Source: a virus. Taken from it: 64,000 nt of DNA. Below are positions 27,503 through 37,554 of the stretch, one piece after another. A program made the position numbers and the translations under genes. The notes below the pieces were generated by a model, which ran no database searches, was not told the DNA's origin, and saw only the letters and a program-made list of their open reading frames with translations. The DNA is taken from IMG/VR virus record IMGVR_UViG_3300045988_105383; one strand, given 5' to 3'. Positions within the stretch are counted from its first letter, which is position 1; the number at the start of each line of letters is the position of its first letter.

Positions 27503-29254
27503 TCAGACCGGGTTCGTGGCCCCGTAGGTGTCGACCATAGCCTCTGTGCCATCCGTCGTAACGCTGCCGTCTCCTTTTGGGCGTCCAGTCTCCTGGGGTG
27601 GAAGACCCGAGGACTCCTGCTTCATATTGTAACTCGTCACCAGAGGTATGCGCCTATCCAAAATTCCGCTCTTGTAAACCACTTCCGAAAGCGAAATGTC
27701 ATCCAGGATAGAGCGATCGAGCAGCGCGTTGTAAAGAATCGTGTCAGGCAAAATGCCGTGCTCCATGCCCTTCATGCACCGGTCGAGCATCTTTTCATCC
27801 TCAGCGATGTCTCCAAACATCACGAATCTCCATTCATATTTGAGATTCAGCCTTTTCAGGATGGCGTTCATCATCCGCTCGAAATCCCGATATACCGTCT
27901 GCATAAACTTGCTTTCGATTTGCAAAGAAATCTGTGCGGTTGCTGCCTTTGCGTCGGAGTCAATAGGCATGATTGCGCCGAGGCCAGCCTGATTGATTGT
28001 ATCGCTGTATCCCTGCTTCACGATATCCATTGCACTCGGTGCCTCAGACAGGCTTTCGAGTTTCATATTCACCAGCGGAGCCATATAAAGACCAATACCG
28101 GATGTGTTGTTATCTCGCAGCATGTCATACCACATTGCCTGAAACAGCAGGATACCCGCGTTACTCAGTTTGTATTGGTCATCTGGGGATGCATTTGCAT
28201 CGTCCCGGTACGGTATTTCGCCGTGAAGCAGGCTGACGAGCGGATTCTGAATCAGTTCCAGCTGAATCTGCTCCATCTGTGCCAGCTGGATCATGCTCAA
28301 AAACACACCGGAAAACGGAGAGATCACTGCACGGCCCACATCATCAGCCTCAAACGGAAATACTTCTTCCGGCGGAAGGTAGACCCAGTAATACCAGCGT
28401 CCATTCTGATAGTAAACGTCCGGCGTTCCCGCCATCGGTCCGCTCGACTGGATCATGCTGAACCGTTCCATATCGACCAGCCGTCTTGCAAACACCACCG
28501 ACGAGCCGGTTCCCTTTGGCTTTCCAACTACCTGTGCGAAGTCGTATAGATATGGCCGGAAGAGGTCTCCAAACTGTTCCGGGACACATCCAGGCTGCAG
28601 GAAGTACATCATGTTGAACGCAACGGTGTACTTCGATACATTGTTGAATCCCGTGATTTTCACCCAATCGCTCGGAAGCTGCTGCGCAAATGCGTAATTG
28701 ACCTTATTGTGGCTCTTGTCCACACTATATCGAGGGTAGTAGAATACTTTACCCTCCGCGCCAGTCTGGCCGACAATCTGGTGCGCCAGCTCCTTTGGGC
28801 GAAACTCTGTCCGCAGTTTTTCCGCCAGCGTCCATTCTCGCATGAAATCGTCTTTCCCAGCGTCCTCTTTGGACACGAGGTTTGGCGTGATGTAACTGTG
28901 GTAGGTCAGCATATTTTGGTAGCTTTTCCGAATATGAAAAAACGGATATGCTGTGTATTCCAGAATATGTGCCACCTGCCGGAGCTGCATTTCGCTCTCA
29001 TACGGTTTGGTGAGCATCTGCGCCACGTCATCCTTGGAGTAATCCTCCGGCAGAGATGATATCTTCTTTACACGCCGATTTTGAATGTAGGGATTCGCCA
29101 GTCCATAGCGTCCGCTGTTGATCCCCGCAAACGCCGAGACAAGGCTCGACAGCGGCATTCCGCTATTTTCCTGAGCCAGCGTTCTGAACCGTTTGAAAAT
29201 TTCCGGAAAAGACTCATACTGCGCCTTCCGCAACTCCTCCATCGGTATCGCCAT
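27503..29254 (-). CDS. Portal protein
   Basis: 583 aa, immediately downstream of large terminase block; size and position; family not identified by eye. Confidence 0.7.
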   Translation of the reverse strand: MAIPMEELRKAQYESFPEIFKRFRTLAQENSGMPLSSLVSAFAGINSGRYGLANPYIQNRRVKKISSLPEDYSKDDVAQMLTKPYESEMQLRQVAHILEYTAYPFFHIRKSYQNMLTYHSYITPNLVSKEDAGKDDFMREWTLAEKLRTEFRPKELAHQIVGQTGAEGKVFYYPRYSVDKSHNKVNYAFAQQLPSDWVKITGFNNVSKYTVAFNMMYFLQPGCVPEQFGDLFRPYLYDFAQVVGKPKGTGSSVVFARRLVDMERFSMIQSSGPMAGTPDVYYQNGRWYYWVYLPPEEVFPFEADDVGRAVISPFSGVFLSMIQLAQMEQIQLELIQNPLVSLLHGEIPYRDDANASPDDQYKLSNAGILLFQAMWYDMLRDNNTSGIGLYMAPLVNMKLESLSEAPSAMDIVKQGYSDTINQAGLGAIMPIDSDAKAATAQISLQIESKFMQTVYRDFERMMNAILKRLNLKYEWRFVMFGDIAEDEKMLDRCMKGMEHGILPDTILYNALLDRSILDDISLSEVVYKSGILDRRIPLVTSYNMKQESSGLPPQETGRPKGDGSVTTDGTEAMVDTYGATNPV

Positions 29255-29612
29255 CTGTCTTTTCCTCCTTCTCCCTCTGTTTCAGCTTTTCCCTCTCTGC
29301 ATCCAGCGCTTCGGAGAGCTGATCCACCATCTGGCTGAGGCGTTCCATCGTCTTCGGTTCCTCTTTTTTCAGCCGTTCACACAGAAGTCTGGTCGCGCAC
29401 TCCACGATCCAATCCTCATCTGCTTTCGTCAGCCGCCGAAGCTCCTTACCGTTGATCTCAACGCTCTTTTCCGGCGCATCTCCCGCCGTATAGATGAGGA
29501 TATACCCAGACGAAATACGGCTGAATCTCTGTTCCAGTGCAAGTCCAATGTTCTCCTGCGTCAGGTTCAGCGCATAAAGCCGATATACAACATTTTCCTT
29601 CTGCTCTTCCAT
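29214..29612 (-). CDS. Hypothetical protein between terminase and portal
   Basis: 132 aa from MEEQKEN; ATGA overlap with terminase stop. Confidence 0.4.
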   Translation of the reverse strand: MEEQKENVVYRLYALNLTQENIGLALEQRFSRISSGYILIYTAGDAPEKSVEINGKELRRLTKADEDWIVECATRLLCERLKKEEPKTMERLSQMVDQLSEALDAEREKLKQREKEEKTDGDTDGGVAEGAV

Positions 29613-31462
29613 CAGTATAAGCGCCCTCCCCGGCGGCCTACCGCAATTCTTCCACCAGCGCCTTTTCCAGCGCTGGCCGTCAATGGCTTTCCTCTGTATT
29701 TCGCCAGTATCGAGTCCCAATCACTCTTTTTTCTGGCCGATTCTATCGCAAGCTGTTTTTCAAGTTTCTGGGCCAGCCGCAGGCCATACTTGATGGCCGA
29801 CCAGCTATCTCGCTGTATCGCTCTCGATATGCGCTTTTCACTGAATCCAGCTCCACTCGGCACGGCTTTCAGGTTCTGAATCTGTGCGGAAAGCTCTCTG
29901 GTCTTTTGATAGGGCCGCGCAATGCGGTAGTCCATATCATCCTCTTTGATCTTATGCAGCCGCTTGTATGCCTCCACGCCATCGCGGGTATTCATCGTCA
30001 GCAGCTGAACGTTGTGGTTATCAAATTGTATCTGCGCGTAGCGGATCATTTCTGCATCCGGGTCTGTGACACCCGTTCCGCCGGCCTTAATTGGGTATAT
30101 GATTGGAAGAGCGCCGTCCAGTTCGAGGGCCGTATATTCCGTATGGTCCATGATGCAGAGGGGCGGAAGGCCATCTCCGAGGTCCTTCATAAGGTCCTCA
30201 ATGACTGCCTTGCCATACTGCCAACCATCAATTGCAATGTAAGTCGTATTTCCACCATCAAAGCAAAACCGATACCAAACATCCTTGAGCATCCGCGCTT
30301 GTTTCATCGCATTGTCGGGCGGAGGCCAATCATCCAGCCAAACAAGCTGTTTGAGATATCGATCCCGCTTCAGGAAATCGCTCTGCCGCGTCAGTTTCCA
30401 AACGCCGACGGCACATTTCGCATTTCGCTTGTTTTCCTCGTAAGAAACGTCGTAGCAGACGATGTAGGTCACATCTTTTGGGTCGACTGTGCATCCCGGA
30501 TATTTGCAGCAGTGCTGACGTTCCATCGCCATCAAGCAGCAGCTTTCCGAAAGAGATTCATCAGAGATGATTGGATTCTCATCCGCACCGGTGTATCGGC
30601 TCTCCATCTCGCGCATCCACCGCTCCGGTGTCAGTTTTGTTTTCAGTTTCATTGCCCAAGAGTACGGGCGCATCTGCTGAAGCACGACACATTCCCAGCT
30701 CATGTCGTAAGCGAAGGCGCTTTCTCCGCAATACATTTCTTTGAGCGTATCGCACCGTACCTGAAACGATGGATGTTGCTTTCTCCCGGAGCTCGTAATC
30801 GAGTGGTTTTTATATGCAACGAAGTTTTCGTCAGGCTGTCCATTTACATTGTGCCGCAAACGAACGGCCGGCAGAACGATCGTCGAATATTCCGTAAAGT
30901 CAAATGCTGGGTTCTCTTCCTGCGCAAATTCTTCGGCAGTCACTGCATGGATGTTATCTCCGCGGAATGCCGAAATATAAAACGCACTTCCAAGATCAGT
31001 TTCGATTTTGAAGTCATCCTTACTCTCGGCCGTAATTCTCCATCCTTTGGTCAGTGCCGGATAGTCATGTGAAATCTGTTTAAACTGTTTACTTCCGATG
31101 GCCGCCATCTGTTTGTACGATGGCCCATAATATGCACTCTGCGTCCCCGGCCAAACAAGTCCATCCAACAACTCATATTTGAACTTTGTACTTGTCTTTG
31201 TAATTCCTCGCGTTCCCGTGAACGCAACATCTTCATATCTTGCATAGCAGCGCATCATAAGCCGCTGCATAAATTCCTCATTGGCATAGTCAGCAGACTC
31301 ATCCCGGAGGAGGTCGCACCCTTTGTCCGGATACCACCGAAGAACCCAAATCAGGAAGGCCCACCATTCCGATTCAAATGACGAATAGTCCCGCTGTTCA
31401 ACTTCTCGCTTACTGACCCAGCCAACCCCAGGGGCCCAAGCCTTCCCAGCACGTCTCGCCAT
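29612..31462 (-). CDS. Terminase large subunit
   Basis: 616 aa; deviant Walker A (FTGTRGITKTS); C-terminal RNaseH-like nuclease Asp motifs (IVCYDVS, YIAIDGWQYG). Confidence 0.8.
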   Translation of the reverse strand: MARRAGKAWAPGVGWVSKREVEQRDYSSFESEWWAFLIWVLRWYPDKGCDLLRDESADYANEEFMQRLMMRCYARYEDVAFTGTRGITKTSTKFKYELLDGLVWPGTQSAYYGPSYKQMAAIGSKQFKQISHDYPALTKGWRITAESKDDFKIETDLGSAFYISAFRGDNIHAVTAEEFAQEENPAFDFTEYSTIVLPAVRLRHNVNGQPDENFVAYKNHSITSSGRKQHPSFQVRCDTLKEMYCGESAFAYDMSWECVVLQQMRPYSWAMKLKTKLTPERWMREMESRYTGADENPIISDESLSESCCLMAMERQHCCKYPGCTVDPKDVTYIVCYDVSYEENKRNAKCAVGVWKLTRQSDFLKRDRYLKQLVWLDDWPPPDNAMKQARMLKDVWYRFCFDGGNTTYIAIDGWQYGKAVIEDLMKDLGDGLPPLCIMDHTEYTALELDGALPIIYPIKAGGTGVTDPDAEMIRYAQIQFDNHNVQLLTMNTRDGVEAYKRLHKIKEDDMDYRIARPYQKTRELSAQIQNLKAVPSGAGFSEKRISRAIQRDSWSAIKYGLRLAQKLEKQLAIESARKKSDWDSILAKYRGKPLTASAGKGAGGRIAVGRRGGRLY

Positions 31463-31476
31463 CCAGATTCACCGCC

Positions 31477-32439
31477 TTATTTTCTGTCCTTTTGGTCCTT
31501 CAGCGGCGGCATACGAATCAAGCCAAGTTTTTCATAAGCCTCCATCTCCGCTTCGTTCGGCTCCGGTGCAAATTCTCCCAAGTTATCGTGGATTCTCATT
31601 TCATCCGGCAACGTACTCAGTTCCGGCATTCCGTCGTTCTGCCGCATCCGATTCTCATTGATGAGGATCATCTGGTCTACGGCATCCGCTGTGTATTGGT
31701 ATCTCGGCTTACGGCCAAAGAAAAATTCAAACATCTCATCCGGACTGCACTGTTTTCCGTTTTTGAGCAGCCCCGCCTTTTCGAGCCGATCTGTGATCTC
31801 ATCGATTCGGATAATGTCGGCAGGCCGAACGTCCTTTTTCCGCAGATTTTCGCTGGCGAGGTTTTCCTGAATCAGACTGGACAGCTTTTTCGCCATATCA
31901 AACTTGCCGGCCGCAGACGCATCATTCATCTGCTTCATCCAGATCGTCACATTTCGCAAAATAAGCTGCTGCTTTGCGCTCAAGGCGCTTTCGCCGCCAT
32001 AATCAGAAACCAAAATCGCATAGATTCTGTCAAACTCCGCAAAATCCTCGTTCGTGAACGGACGTTCTGGGCTTCCTGTTCCCCAGTCCTTACGTTGCCG
32101 TTGCGTTCCAAATCTCGCCGACCTTGCGTTTTGCTCCGCGTAGATAGCCTTTGTGAACTCACCGTCCTTCAAGCCTTCCCCGAAAATTTTCGTAATGTCC
32201 GTGAGACCATCCAGAAAACCAAGCGTTTCTCCAGCTTTATTCACATCCAGCTTTTTGAGATGCAGATTGTCGATGTAAGAGAGCCACTTATCGCGTCCCT
32301 CGTCGCGCGGCACGCAGTCCCGCGCAAACGGAATGTTGTATTTCACACAGCAATAAAAATAGGCCAGACTCTCTGAGGTCTTCTTTGCAAGCTCATTGTA
32401 ATATTCCTGCTGCTGAAGTTCATTCGTCTGGTCTTCCAT
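31477..32439 (-). CDS. Terminase small subunit candidate
   Basis: 320 aa from MEDQTNE behind GGGAGGAA; first gene after late promoter/leader terminator, directly upstream of TerL; no motif. Confidence 0.4.
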   Translation of the reverse strand: MEDQTNELQQQEYYNELAKKTSESLAYFYCCVKYNIPFARDCVPRDEGRDKWLSYIDNLHLKKLDVNKAGETLGFLDGLTDITKIFGEGLKDGEFTKAIYAEQNARSARFGTQRQRKDWGTGSPERPFTNEDFAEFDRIYAILVSDYGGESALSAKQQLILRNVTIWMKQMNDASAAGKFDMAKKLSSLIQENLASENLRKKDVRPADIIRIDEITDRLEKAGLLKNGKQCSPDEMFEFFFGRKPRYQYTADAVDQMILINENRMRQNDGMPELSTLPDEMRIHDNLGEFAPEPNEAEMEAYEKLGLIRMPPLKDQKDRK

Positions 32440-32448
32440 CGTTTCCTC

Positions 32449-32503
32449 CCTGAAAAACGAAAAACGCCGTTCCGGTATCTTTGATAGATACACCGAAACG
32501 GCG
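32449..32503 (-). terminator. Leader terminator upstream of packaging genes
   Basis: Minus strand ACGCCGTTTCGGTGTATC-tatcaaa-GATACCGGAACGGCGT followed by TTTTTCGTTTTTC, then RBS and ATG 32439. Confidence 0.6.
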
Positions 32504-32529
32504 TGAAGTCACACTATTCTTTTTAACAC

Positions 32530-32557
32530 ATTATACCACACCTTTATAGAAATGCAA
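32530..32557 (-). promoter_or_regulatory. Sigma-A-type promoter (late operon)
   Basis: Minus strand TTGCAT-16 nt-TATAAT with TGg extended -10, in an AT-rich gap between 32604 and the leader hairpin. Confidence 0.55.
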
Positions 32558-32603
32558 GGAAAAATTCAAAATTGAAAAATCCTATTCTATTGCGTCTTTG
32601 TTT

Positions 32604-32924
32604 TCAGCTTGTGGCACCGAACGTCTGAATTTTCATTTCTGCAACCACGTTCTCATTCCAATTGACTGCATCATCCGTTCCTCCGAAAAACAGCAAGCCG
32701 TCCACTTCAACAAATCCTTTCGGATTCCACTGCACATGTTCAGAAATCCCGATCACTCTCGGTTTTCCATCTCTGTCAAATTGCAGGATTGGCTGGCTAT
32801 CCGCCTTTTCACATGCTTTTCGGATGGCTTCCTCTGAGTATTTCACCTTGTTTTCATCTGTAAAAATACCGCCCTCTATCTCAACCGGTATTACGGCGTG
32901 AATCTTGATGTTTTTACAACGCAT
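32604..32924 (-). CDS. Hypothetical protein
   Basis: 106-aa ORF, last gene before late promoter. Confidence 0.45.
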   Translation of the reverse strand: MRCKNIKIHAVIPVEIEGGIFTDENKVKYSEEAIRKACEKADSQPILQFDRDGKPRVIGISEHVQWNPKGFVEVDGLLFFGGTDDAVNWNENVVAEMKIQTFGATS

Positions 32925-32928
32925 TTGT

Positions 32929-33108
32929 CTACCTCATCGCATATTCGATCTTTTCCCTGACAGTCTCATAGTCCTCGGACGCGACAACGTAGTCCTGTTC
33001 CGCTGCATGAGGAACATTGAATGCAAAGAAAATCATTGTGCAACCTGTTTTTGGAACGACCATCTGAATCCACGCAGTATTTATGAGCACTTTTTCACGG
33101 TCTTCCAT
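32929..33108 (-). CDS. Hypothetical small protein
   Basis: 59 aa from MEDREKV behind GAGGT. Confidence 0.35.
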   Translation of the reverse strand: MEDREKVLINTAWIQMVVPKTGCTMIFFAFNVPHAAEQDYVVASEDYETVREKIEYAMR

Positions 33109-33142
33109 TGTTGTGACCTCGATAAATCCGTGCAACCCTGTC

Positions 33143-33556
33143 TCACCTCCCCGTACTGCCAAATCCGCCAGTTCCTCGCTCAGTGTCTTCCAGAGAATCC
33201 ACTACTTCCAGCTCTGGCAGCAGACATGGCAAGATCACCAGCTGCGAGATTTTGTCGCCATTCCGTACCAGGTACGGCTTTTCACCGTGGTTGTAGAGTT
33301 TGACCATGATACTACCCGTAAAGCCGCTGTCAATAACGCCTTCACTTGTAAGTCCGTACTTGACGTTCAGGCCGCTCTTGGCTTTTACCATTCCGACAGT
33401 ACCTTTCTCCAGTTCGACGTGTACGCCGGTGTCGAAAAGCTCGCTTCCGCCCGGATAGATATACACATCATCACGAGCCGAATAGAGGTCGAGGCCCGCG
33501 TCGAACTCATGTGCCCGTGTCGGCATGATCGCCCACGGCTCCAAAACAATTTTCAT
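33143..33556 (-). CDS. dut: dUTP diphosphatase
   Basis: PTRAHEFDAGLDLYS, GVIDSGFTGSIMVKLYN, GDKISQLVI, RGTGGFGSTG dUTPase motifs; start MKIVLE behind GGAGGAA. Confidence 0.9.
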   Translation of the reverse strand: MKIVLEPWAIMPTRAHEFDAGLDLYSARDDVYIYPGGSELFDTGVHVELEKGTVGMVKAKSGLNVKYGLTSEGVIDSGFTGSIMVKLYNHGEKPYLVRNGDKISQLVILPCLLPELEVVDSLEDTERGTGGFGSTGR

Positions 33557-33557
33557 T

Positions 33558-33776
33558 TCATTCCTCCAAATAAACTGCTCCGCCGAGTAGATGCGTCTTG
33601 ACCATCGCTCCGCACTGGTCGCAAATGATCTCCGCATCCCCGCGTTCCGAAGAATAGATGGCCGTTCGTTTTCGGTATCGCATCACAAGCCGTCCGTCCT
33701 CCACGCTTCCAACGATATGGCCGTTCCGGCAGCGAATCATGCTGCCGGATGCCATTAACCGCCACGCCAGACTCAT
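33558..33776 (-). CDS. Small Cys/His protein, function unknown
   Basis: 72-aa ORF, CRNGH...CDQCG. Confidence 0.4.
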   Translation of the reverse strand: MSLAWRLMASGSMIRCRNGHIVGSVEDGRLVMRYRKRTAIYSSERGDAEIICDQCGAMVKTHLLGGAVYLEE

Positions 33777-33946
33777 TCCACGCCCTCCGCAATGCAGGAC
33801 TGCTTTTCCAGTCGCTCCAACTCGTCAGCAGCCTCTTCCTTCACAGTCTTCTGACATTTGCTGCACATCGTTTCGCGCGGCTCAAACGGACACGAATCGA
33901 TTTTGGGGCAACGTAACCGTTTTATCAATTTCTCACGCTTTGTCAT
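33773..33946 (-). CDS. Small Cys-rich protein
   Basis: 57 aa from MTKREK; RCPKIDSCP...CSKCQ. Confidence 0.4.
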   Translation of the reverse strand: MTKREKLIKRLRCPKIDSCPFEPRETMCSKCQKTVKEEAADELERLEKQSCIAEGVE

Positions 33947-33947
33947 G

Positions 33948-34274
33948 TCAAACACCACACAGTTTTTTCTTGTATCGGGAAACCGTCATTCTGCTCATCC
34001 CGAGCTCCATGCAAATCTCGGCATTCGATTTTTTAAGGCGCAGCATCTCAGCCAGCCTTTCCATGTCAAACTTTTCTGGACGGCCTCGTTTCGCGTCCGG
34101 TCTTCCGCCAGAAAGGCAGTTGCAGCACTCTTCGCTCGCATAGGGGCAGTGGTTGAGGCAGAAGTCTATATCTTCCGGAGAATCTGTTGTATGTCTTTCC
34201 ACGATCTCTTCCCGGTAAACGCTTTGCCAAGGCACCGATGCCCGGATCACCAATGATTCATAATCGACTTCCAT
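33948..34274 (-). CDS. HTH DNA-binding protein
   Basis: C-terminal HTH: NAEICMELGMSRMTVSRYKKKL; Cys-rich middle. Confidence 0.5.
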   Translation of the reverse strand: MEVDYESLVIRASVPWQSVYREEIVERHTTDSPEDIDFCLNHCPYASEECCNCLSGGRPDAKRGRPEKFDMERLAEMLRLKKSNAEICMELGMSRMTVSRYKKKLCGV

Positions 34275-34295
34275 TTTGTTTTCCTCCGGTGCGAT

Positions 34296-34808
34296 TTAAA
34301 TTTCTGTAATTTCAATTCCGTGGAAGTAAAGCATCATTTTACGCTTCAAAACGAACTTCGCATAGGCCGCAGAAGACGGATTCCGATAGCCTTTCACATC
34401 TTCGACCACCAAAATTCCATCCTTTTCATACACAAAATCGGCGTAGTAATCCACCGCACGTTCCACCAGCTTCTGCCCATCCTTCAAACGCGCACCGTTT
34501 TTACCATAGCGGATGACTGTTTTATACTGTGCCGGCAGCAAAGGGAATTTTTTCTGCCATTCCAGATTGCAGATCACTCCCTGCCGCTCCATCAGTAAAA
34601 GTTCATCATAGCGGTCGGCTTCTTTGATGCTGTCAAAAGTCTTTCCGCATCGCTCAACCTTCTTGTTGTGCAGCTTTGCCGCTTTCTTTTCTTTCTGGGG
34701 AATCTGCGTCGCTGTAGTCTGCTTTTTCTTCATCTGCGAAATGATTTTCTCCGTTGCCTGCTTCCTGTAAGGCTCAGGCAGGTCCGACAAACTGATATTC
34801 AGGCTCAT
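34296..34808 (-). CDS. DUF1064-family protein
   Basis: F-DS--E--RY--L...YYADFVYEKDGILVVEDVKGYRN...KFVLKRKMM pattern. Confidence 0.65.
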   Translation of the reverse strand: MSLNISLSDLPEPYRKQATEKIISQMKKKQTTATQIPQKEKKAAKLHNKKVERCGKTFDSIKEADRYDELLLMERQGVICNLEWQKKFPLLPAQYKTVIRYGKNGARLKDGQKLVERAVDYYADFVYEKDGILVVEDVKGYRNPSSAAYAKFVLKRKMMLYFHGIEITEI

Positions 34809-34814
34809 AGTTTC

Positions 34815-35405
34815 TCAAATCGTCATTTCATAATCGTCCGCGCCATATCCATCCTCTTCGGCCGATTCTTCCGGGGCCTCTCCCTGCATTTCCTGACAGA
34901 GATTCCAGAAGGCATCCACAAAGGACAGGTTGAAGGCTTTTACGAAATCGCGCTTCTCGTCATATCGCCCAAGCGTCAATATTTTCGACATTGCGGTCGT
35001 CATGGCATCCACCACAGCCTCCCGGAAACCGTCACTGAGGATTTCGATATGTTCGATTCGCAGCTCATTCCAGGTCCTCTGCTCGCCGTCTTTGTTTGTA
35101 TACTCCTTGCTGGACCATCTTCCAGCAATCAGCACATAGTCTCCGGCATGAACGCGCTGCGCCAAATCCGTCTGGTAGCACTCTCCGATGGAGATGCAGT
35201 TCATGAACTTCTTATCGGTTTCTGCGCCCTTGTCTCCATACGCCACGCCGAACGTGACTTTTGGCTTGGGAGGGGCCGTGTCCGACCCCTTTGTGTATTC
35301 CAGCTTTGCGTCTCGCGTAACCTTTCCCCAAATGACCATGCTTTGGCAGAATTTGCGCTTTGAGTCTTTTGGGTCCTGCTCTACGCGATTTACCAGCGGC
35401 CTCAT
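34815..35405 (-). CDS. OB-fold ssDNA-binding-like protein
   Basis: 196 aa next to RecT; GDYVLIAGRWSSKEYTNKDGEQRTWNELRIEHIEIL resembles SSB OB-fold core; acidic tail. Confidence 0.45.
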   Translation of the reverse strand: MRPLVNRVEQDPKDSKRKFCQSMVIWGKVTRDAKLEYTKGSDTAPPKPKVTFGVAYGDKGAETDKKFMNCISIGECYQTDLAQRVHAGDYVLIAGRWSSKEYTNKDGEQRTWNELRIEHIEILSDGFREAVVDAMTTAMSKILTLGRYDEKRDFVKAFNLSFVDAFWNLCQEMQGEAPEESAEEDGYGADDYEMTI

Positions 35406-36427
35406 GCCTCACCCATACCGAAGAACCCGTCATCCGAGAAGTCATCTTCTGCCGGTGCAGCATTTTTCTGACTTTTCTTCTGGCTCTTGGGTTCTGTCGT
35501 GGCCTCAGTCTTCTGTGCTGCCTCTTCCCGCTGCTTCAGCTCTTCCTCGACCGTGTTTCCGTCGCCGAAGAAATCATCGTCTTTGGCGCTCTCGATTGCC
35601 GCCGGCGCAGGATTCATAACCTCTCCGGTGCTACGATCCACACTGAGAACCGGAAGGGCCGGAATCATGCCATCTTCATCATCTTCCGAAAGAACATACC
35701 GGACCTCGTTCGACAGCGGAGCATAACCAGAATTCAAGAGACTGCGAAGCACCGTCTTCTTGCACATCCGCTCCTGCCCACCTCCAACGTCATACCATGG
35801 AGAGGACTTTTTCAGCTTTGCCGTTTCAGCCTCGCTGAGTTCTTCGTTGACATAGGCGTTGAATTTATCCAGCTTAAATGCCTGCGAATATTTGTCGGCA
35901 TGTTTGAGCAGTTTGTCCATGTTCCAGTATTCCGAGCGGAACATTCCGTTTTTCAGCTCAAAATATGCGTAATATCCGATGACCCTTGCTTTCTCCCGTT
36001 CTTCATCATCCGCATAGACCTCAAAGTCAAACGACGGCTTTCCGGTTCTCCGGTCACGGCCTTTGTATTCACCCTCTCGGATATCAATGCAGTCAATATC
36101 GCTGTACTGCCCAGTCGCCAGCGCCAGAGCAATCAGGCCCTTATATCCAACGATGAACGTGCAGGTTTGCCCATACGGAACGAGATAATAGCCCATTCCA
36201 AGACTCAGTCCCATGCCCTCGCCACGAAGTGCCGCTGCTACAATCGTCCCCGGCTCGCAAGCCTTCAACTGATCCGATGCATTGACGGCCGAGATCAACG
36301 TCGATGTAAAGCGCGCTGCGGCCCGGTCATCCTTCAGCGATTTTTGGATCATCGTCTGCATTGTCGTGGATGTGATGGCCCCGGAGAACGTCTGCTGTCT
36401 CGGAGCCAGTCTATTTGTTGCGTTCAT
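35402..36427 (-). CDS. recT: RecT-family single-strand annealing recombinase
   Basis: GYYLVPYGQTCTFIVGYKGLIALA core; acidic disordered C-terminus; paired with YqaJ exonuclease. Confidence 0.85.
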   Translation of the reverse strand: MNATNRLAPRQQTFSGAITSTTMQTMIQKSLKDDRAAARFTSTLISAVNASDQLKACEPGTIVAAALRGEGMGLSLGMGYYLVPYGQTCTFIVGYKGLIALALATGQYSDIDCIDIREGEYKGRDRRTGKPSFDFEVYADDEEREKARVIGYYAYFELKNGMFRSEYWNMDKLLKHADKYSQAFKLDKFNAYVNEELSEAETAKLKKSSPWYDVGGGQERMCKKTVLRSLLNSGYAPLSNEVRYVLSEDDEDGMIPALPVLSVDRSTGEVMNPAPAAIESAKDDDFFGDGNTVEEELKQREEAAQKTEATTEPKSQKKSQKNAAPAEDDFSDDGFFGMGEA

Positions 36428-36442
36428 ATCTCAATTCCCTCC

Positions 36443-37321
36443 TCAGTAATCCTCTTTCGGCACTCGGCCAAACTTGATCCCATGTTTGAGCAGCCAATCA
36501 CGGAGCTCAATTTTCTGGCTTCGCGTAAGATAGCATCTGAAATCGAGCACTTCGAGCGGCTCTGTCGGTTCCTCACTCTGTTTTACAGTTGTTGCAATCG
36601 GCTGCTCCGGCTTCTGAGTGAAAGTTGCTCTCTCAGCAGCCTCTCTCTCGGCAGCTTTCTTCGCTGCAGCTTTCTGCGCAACTCTTTGAGCGTCGCGCTG
36701 CTTTTTCATCTGAACCAGCATCGTCTCGCGCTCGATCACAGACCGCATTTCAAGGCTCCGCTGGTATTCCAGCATCAGCTCATCCTGAAAATCGCTCTCC
36801 ATCCTTCGGATGGTGTCCAAATCTGATTGGACGGTCTGCACCTTGCTGTCGATCTCCTTCTTTGCATCCTCGAGGGAGAACGTCGCATTCATCCAACGTG
36901 GATTCTCGATGCGCTCAAATGCGAGCCAGCTCGGCGGCGTAACAGAGTGGAAGTACTCTCTGAGCATATCGCGCTTTTCAGCCTTGCGTTTTTCCTCAAA
37001 CGCCTTGAGCTGCGTGTCGATGTTCTTCGCCGCCTCGTCGCACATCCCGGAAAGCTCCTTCATTTTCGCTTCAAAGGAGTTATACGGCTCCAAATAGCGC
37101 TTCTTGACCGCGATCCGCTGTTCCGAAATTGCTGAGCTGATCTTTCGGATTTTCGCCTTGTCCGCCTTCGCAGCCCCAAGACCATCCTCCGTGACCACCA
37201 TTGTCCGATATGCTGTCAGATTTTCAGACAGCCAGCCTTTCACTTCCTCGAAGTTGAAATCGAGGCTCTGTGGAACGGCGCTGTCAAGGTCGGTAATCAT
37301 CCGGATTTCCGTCGTCTGCAT
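36443..37321 (-). CDS. DUF1351-like recombination-module protein
   Basis: 292-aa coiled-coil protein between exonuclease and RecT, the usual DUF1351 position in Firmicutes phages. Confidence 0.5.
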   Translation of the reverse strand: MQTTEIRMITDLDSAVPQSLDFNFEEVKGWLSENLTAYRTMVVTEDGLGAAKADKAKIRKISSAISEQRIAVKKRYLEPYNSFEAKMKELSGMCDEAAKNIDTQLKAFEEKRKAEKRDMLREYFHSVTPPSWLAFERIENPRWMNATFSLEDAKKEIDSKVQTVQSDLDTIRRMESDFQDELMLEYQRSLEMRSVIERETMLVQMKKQRDAQRVAQKAAAKKAAEREAAERATFTQKPEQPIATTVKQSEEPTEPLEVLDFRCYLTRSQKIELRDWLLKHGIKFGRVPKEDY

Positions 37322-37554
37322 CAGCCCTCTGCCTCCTCGACATCATATTCCGTGATTTTCTTCAGCGGAAAGAACGCCGGATTGATCTCCTCCTGCGGCA
37401 CATTCTCCCTTACAACGATAGCCTTGTTCTTTCCAGTCCCAGCCGGAACGATTACGCGGTCGCCAGTCTTCAGCGGCCGGCCTGTTTCATAGCTATACGC
37501 CATGCCAGAATATCCCGCAGTCTTCTCTCGGTAAAATTTTACTGCAACGTACAT
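37321..37554 (-). CDS. Hypothetical protein
   Basis: 77-aa ORF, overlapping stop/start with next gene. Confidence 0.45.
   Translation of the reverse strand: MYVAVKFYREKTAGYSGMAYSYETGRPLKTGDRVIVPAGTGKNKAIVVRENVPQEEINPAFFPLKKITEYDVEEAEG

Noticed and set aside
33558-33776. Mu Com-like translational activator call
   Set aside because: The first metal-binding knuckle is CRNGH rather than CxxC, and the spacing does not match Com. It is kept as a generic small Cys/His protein.
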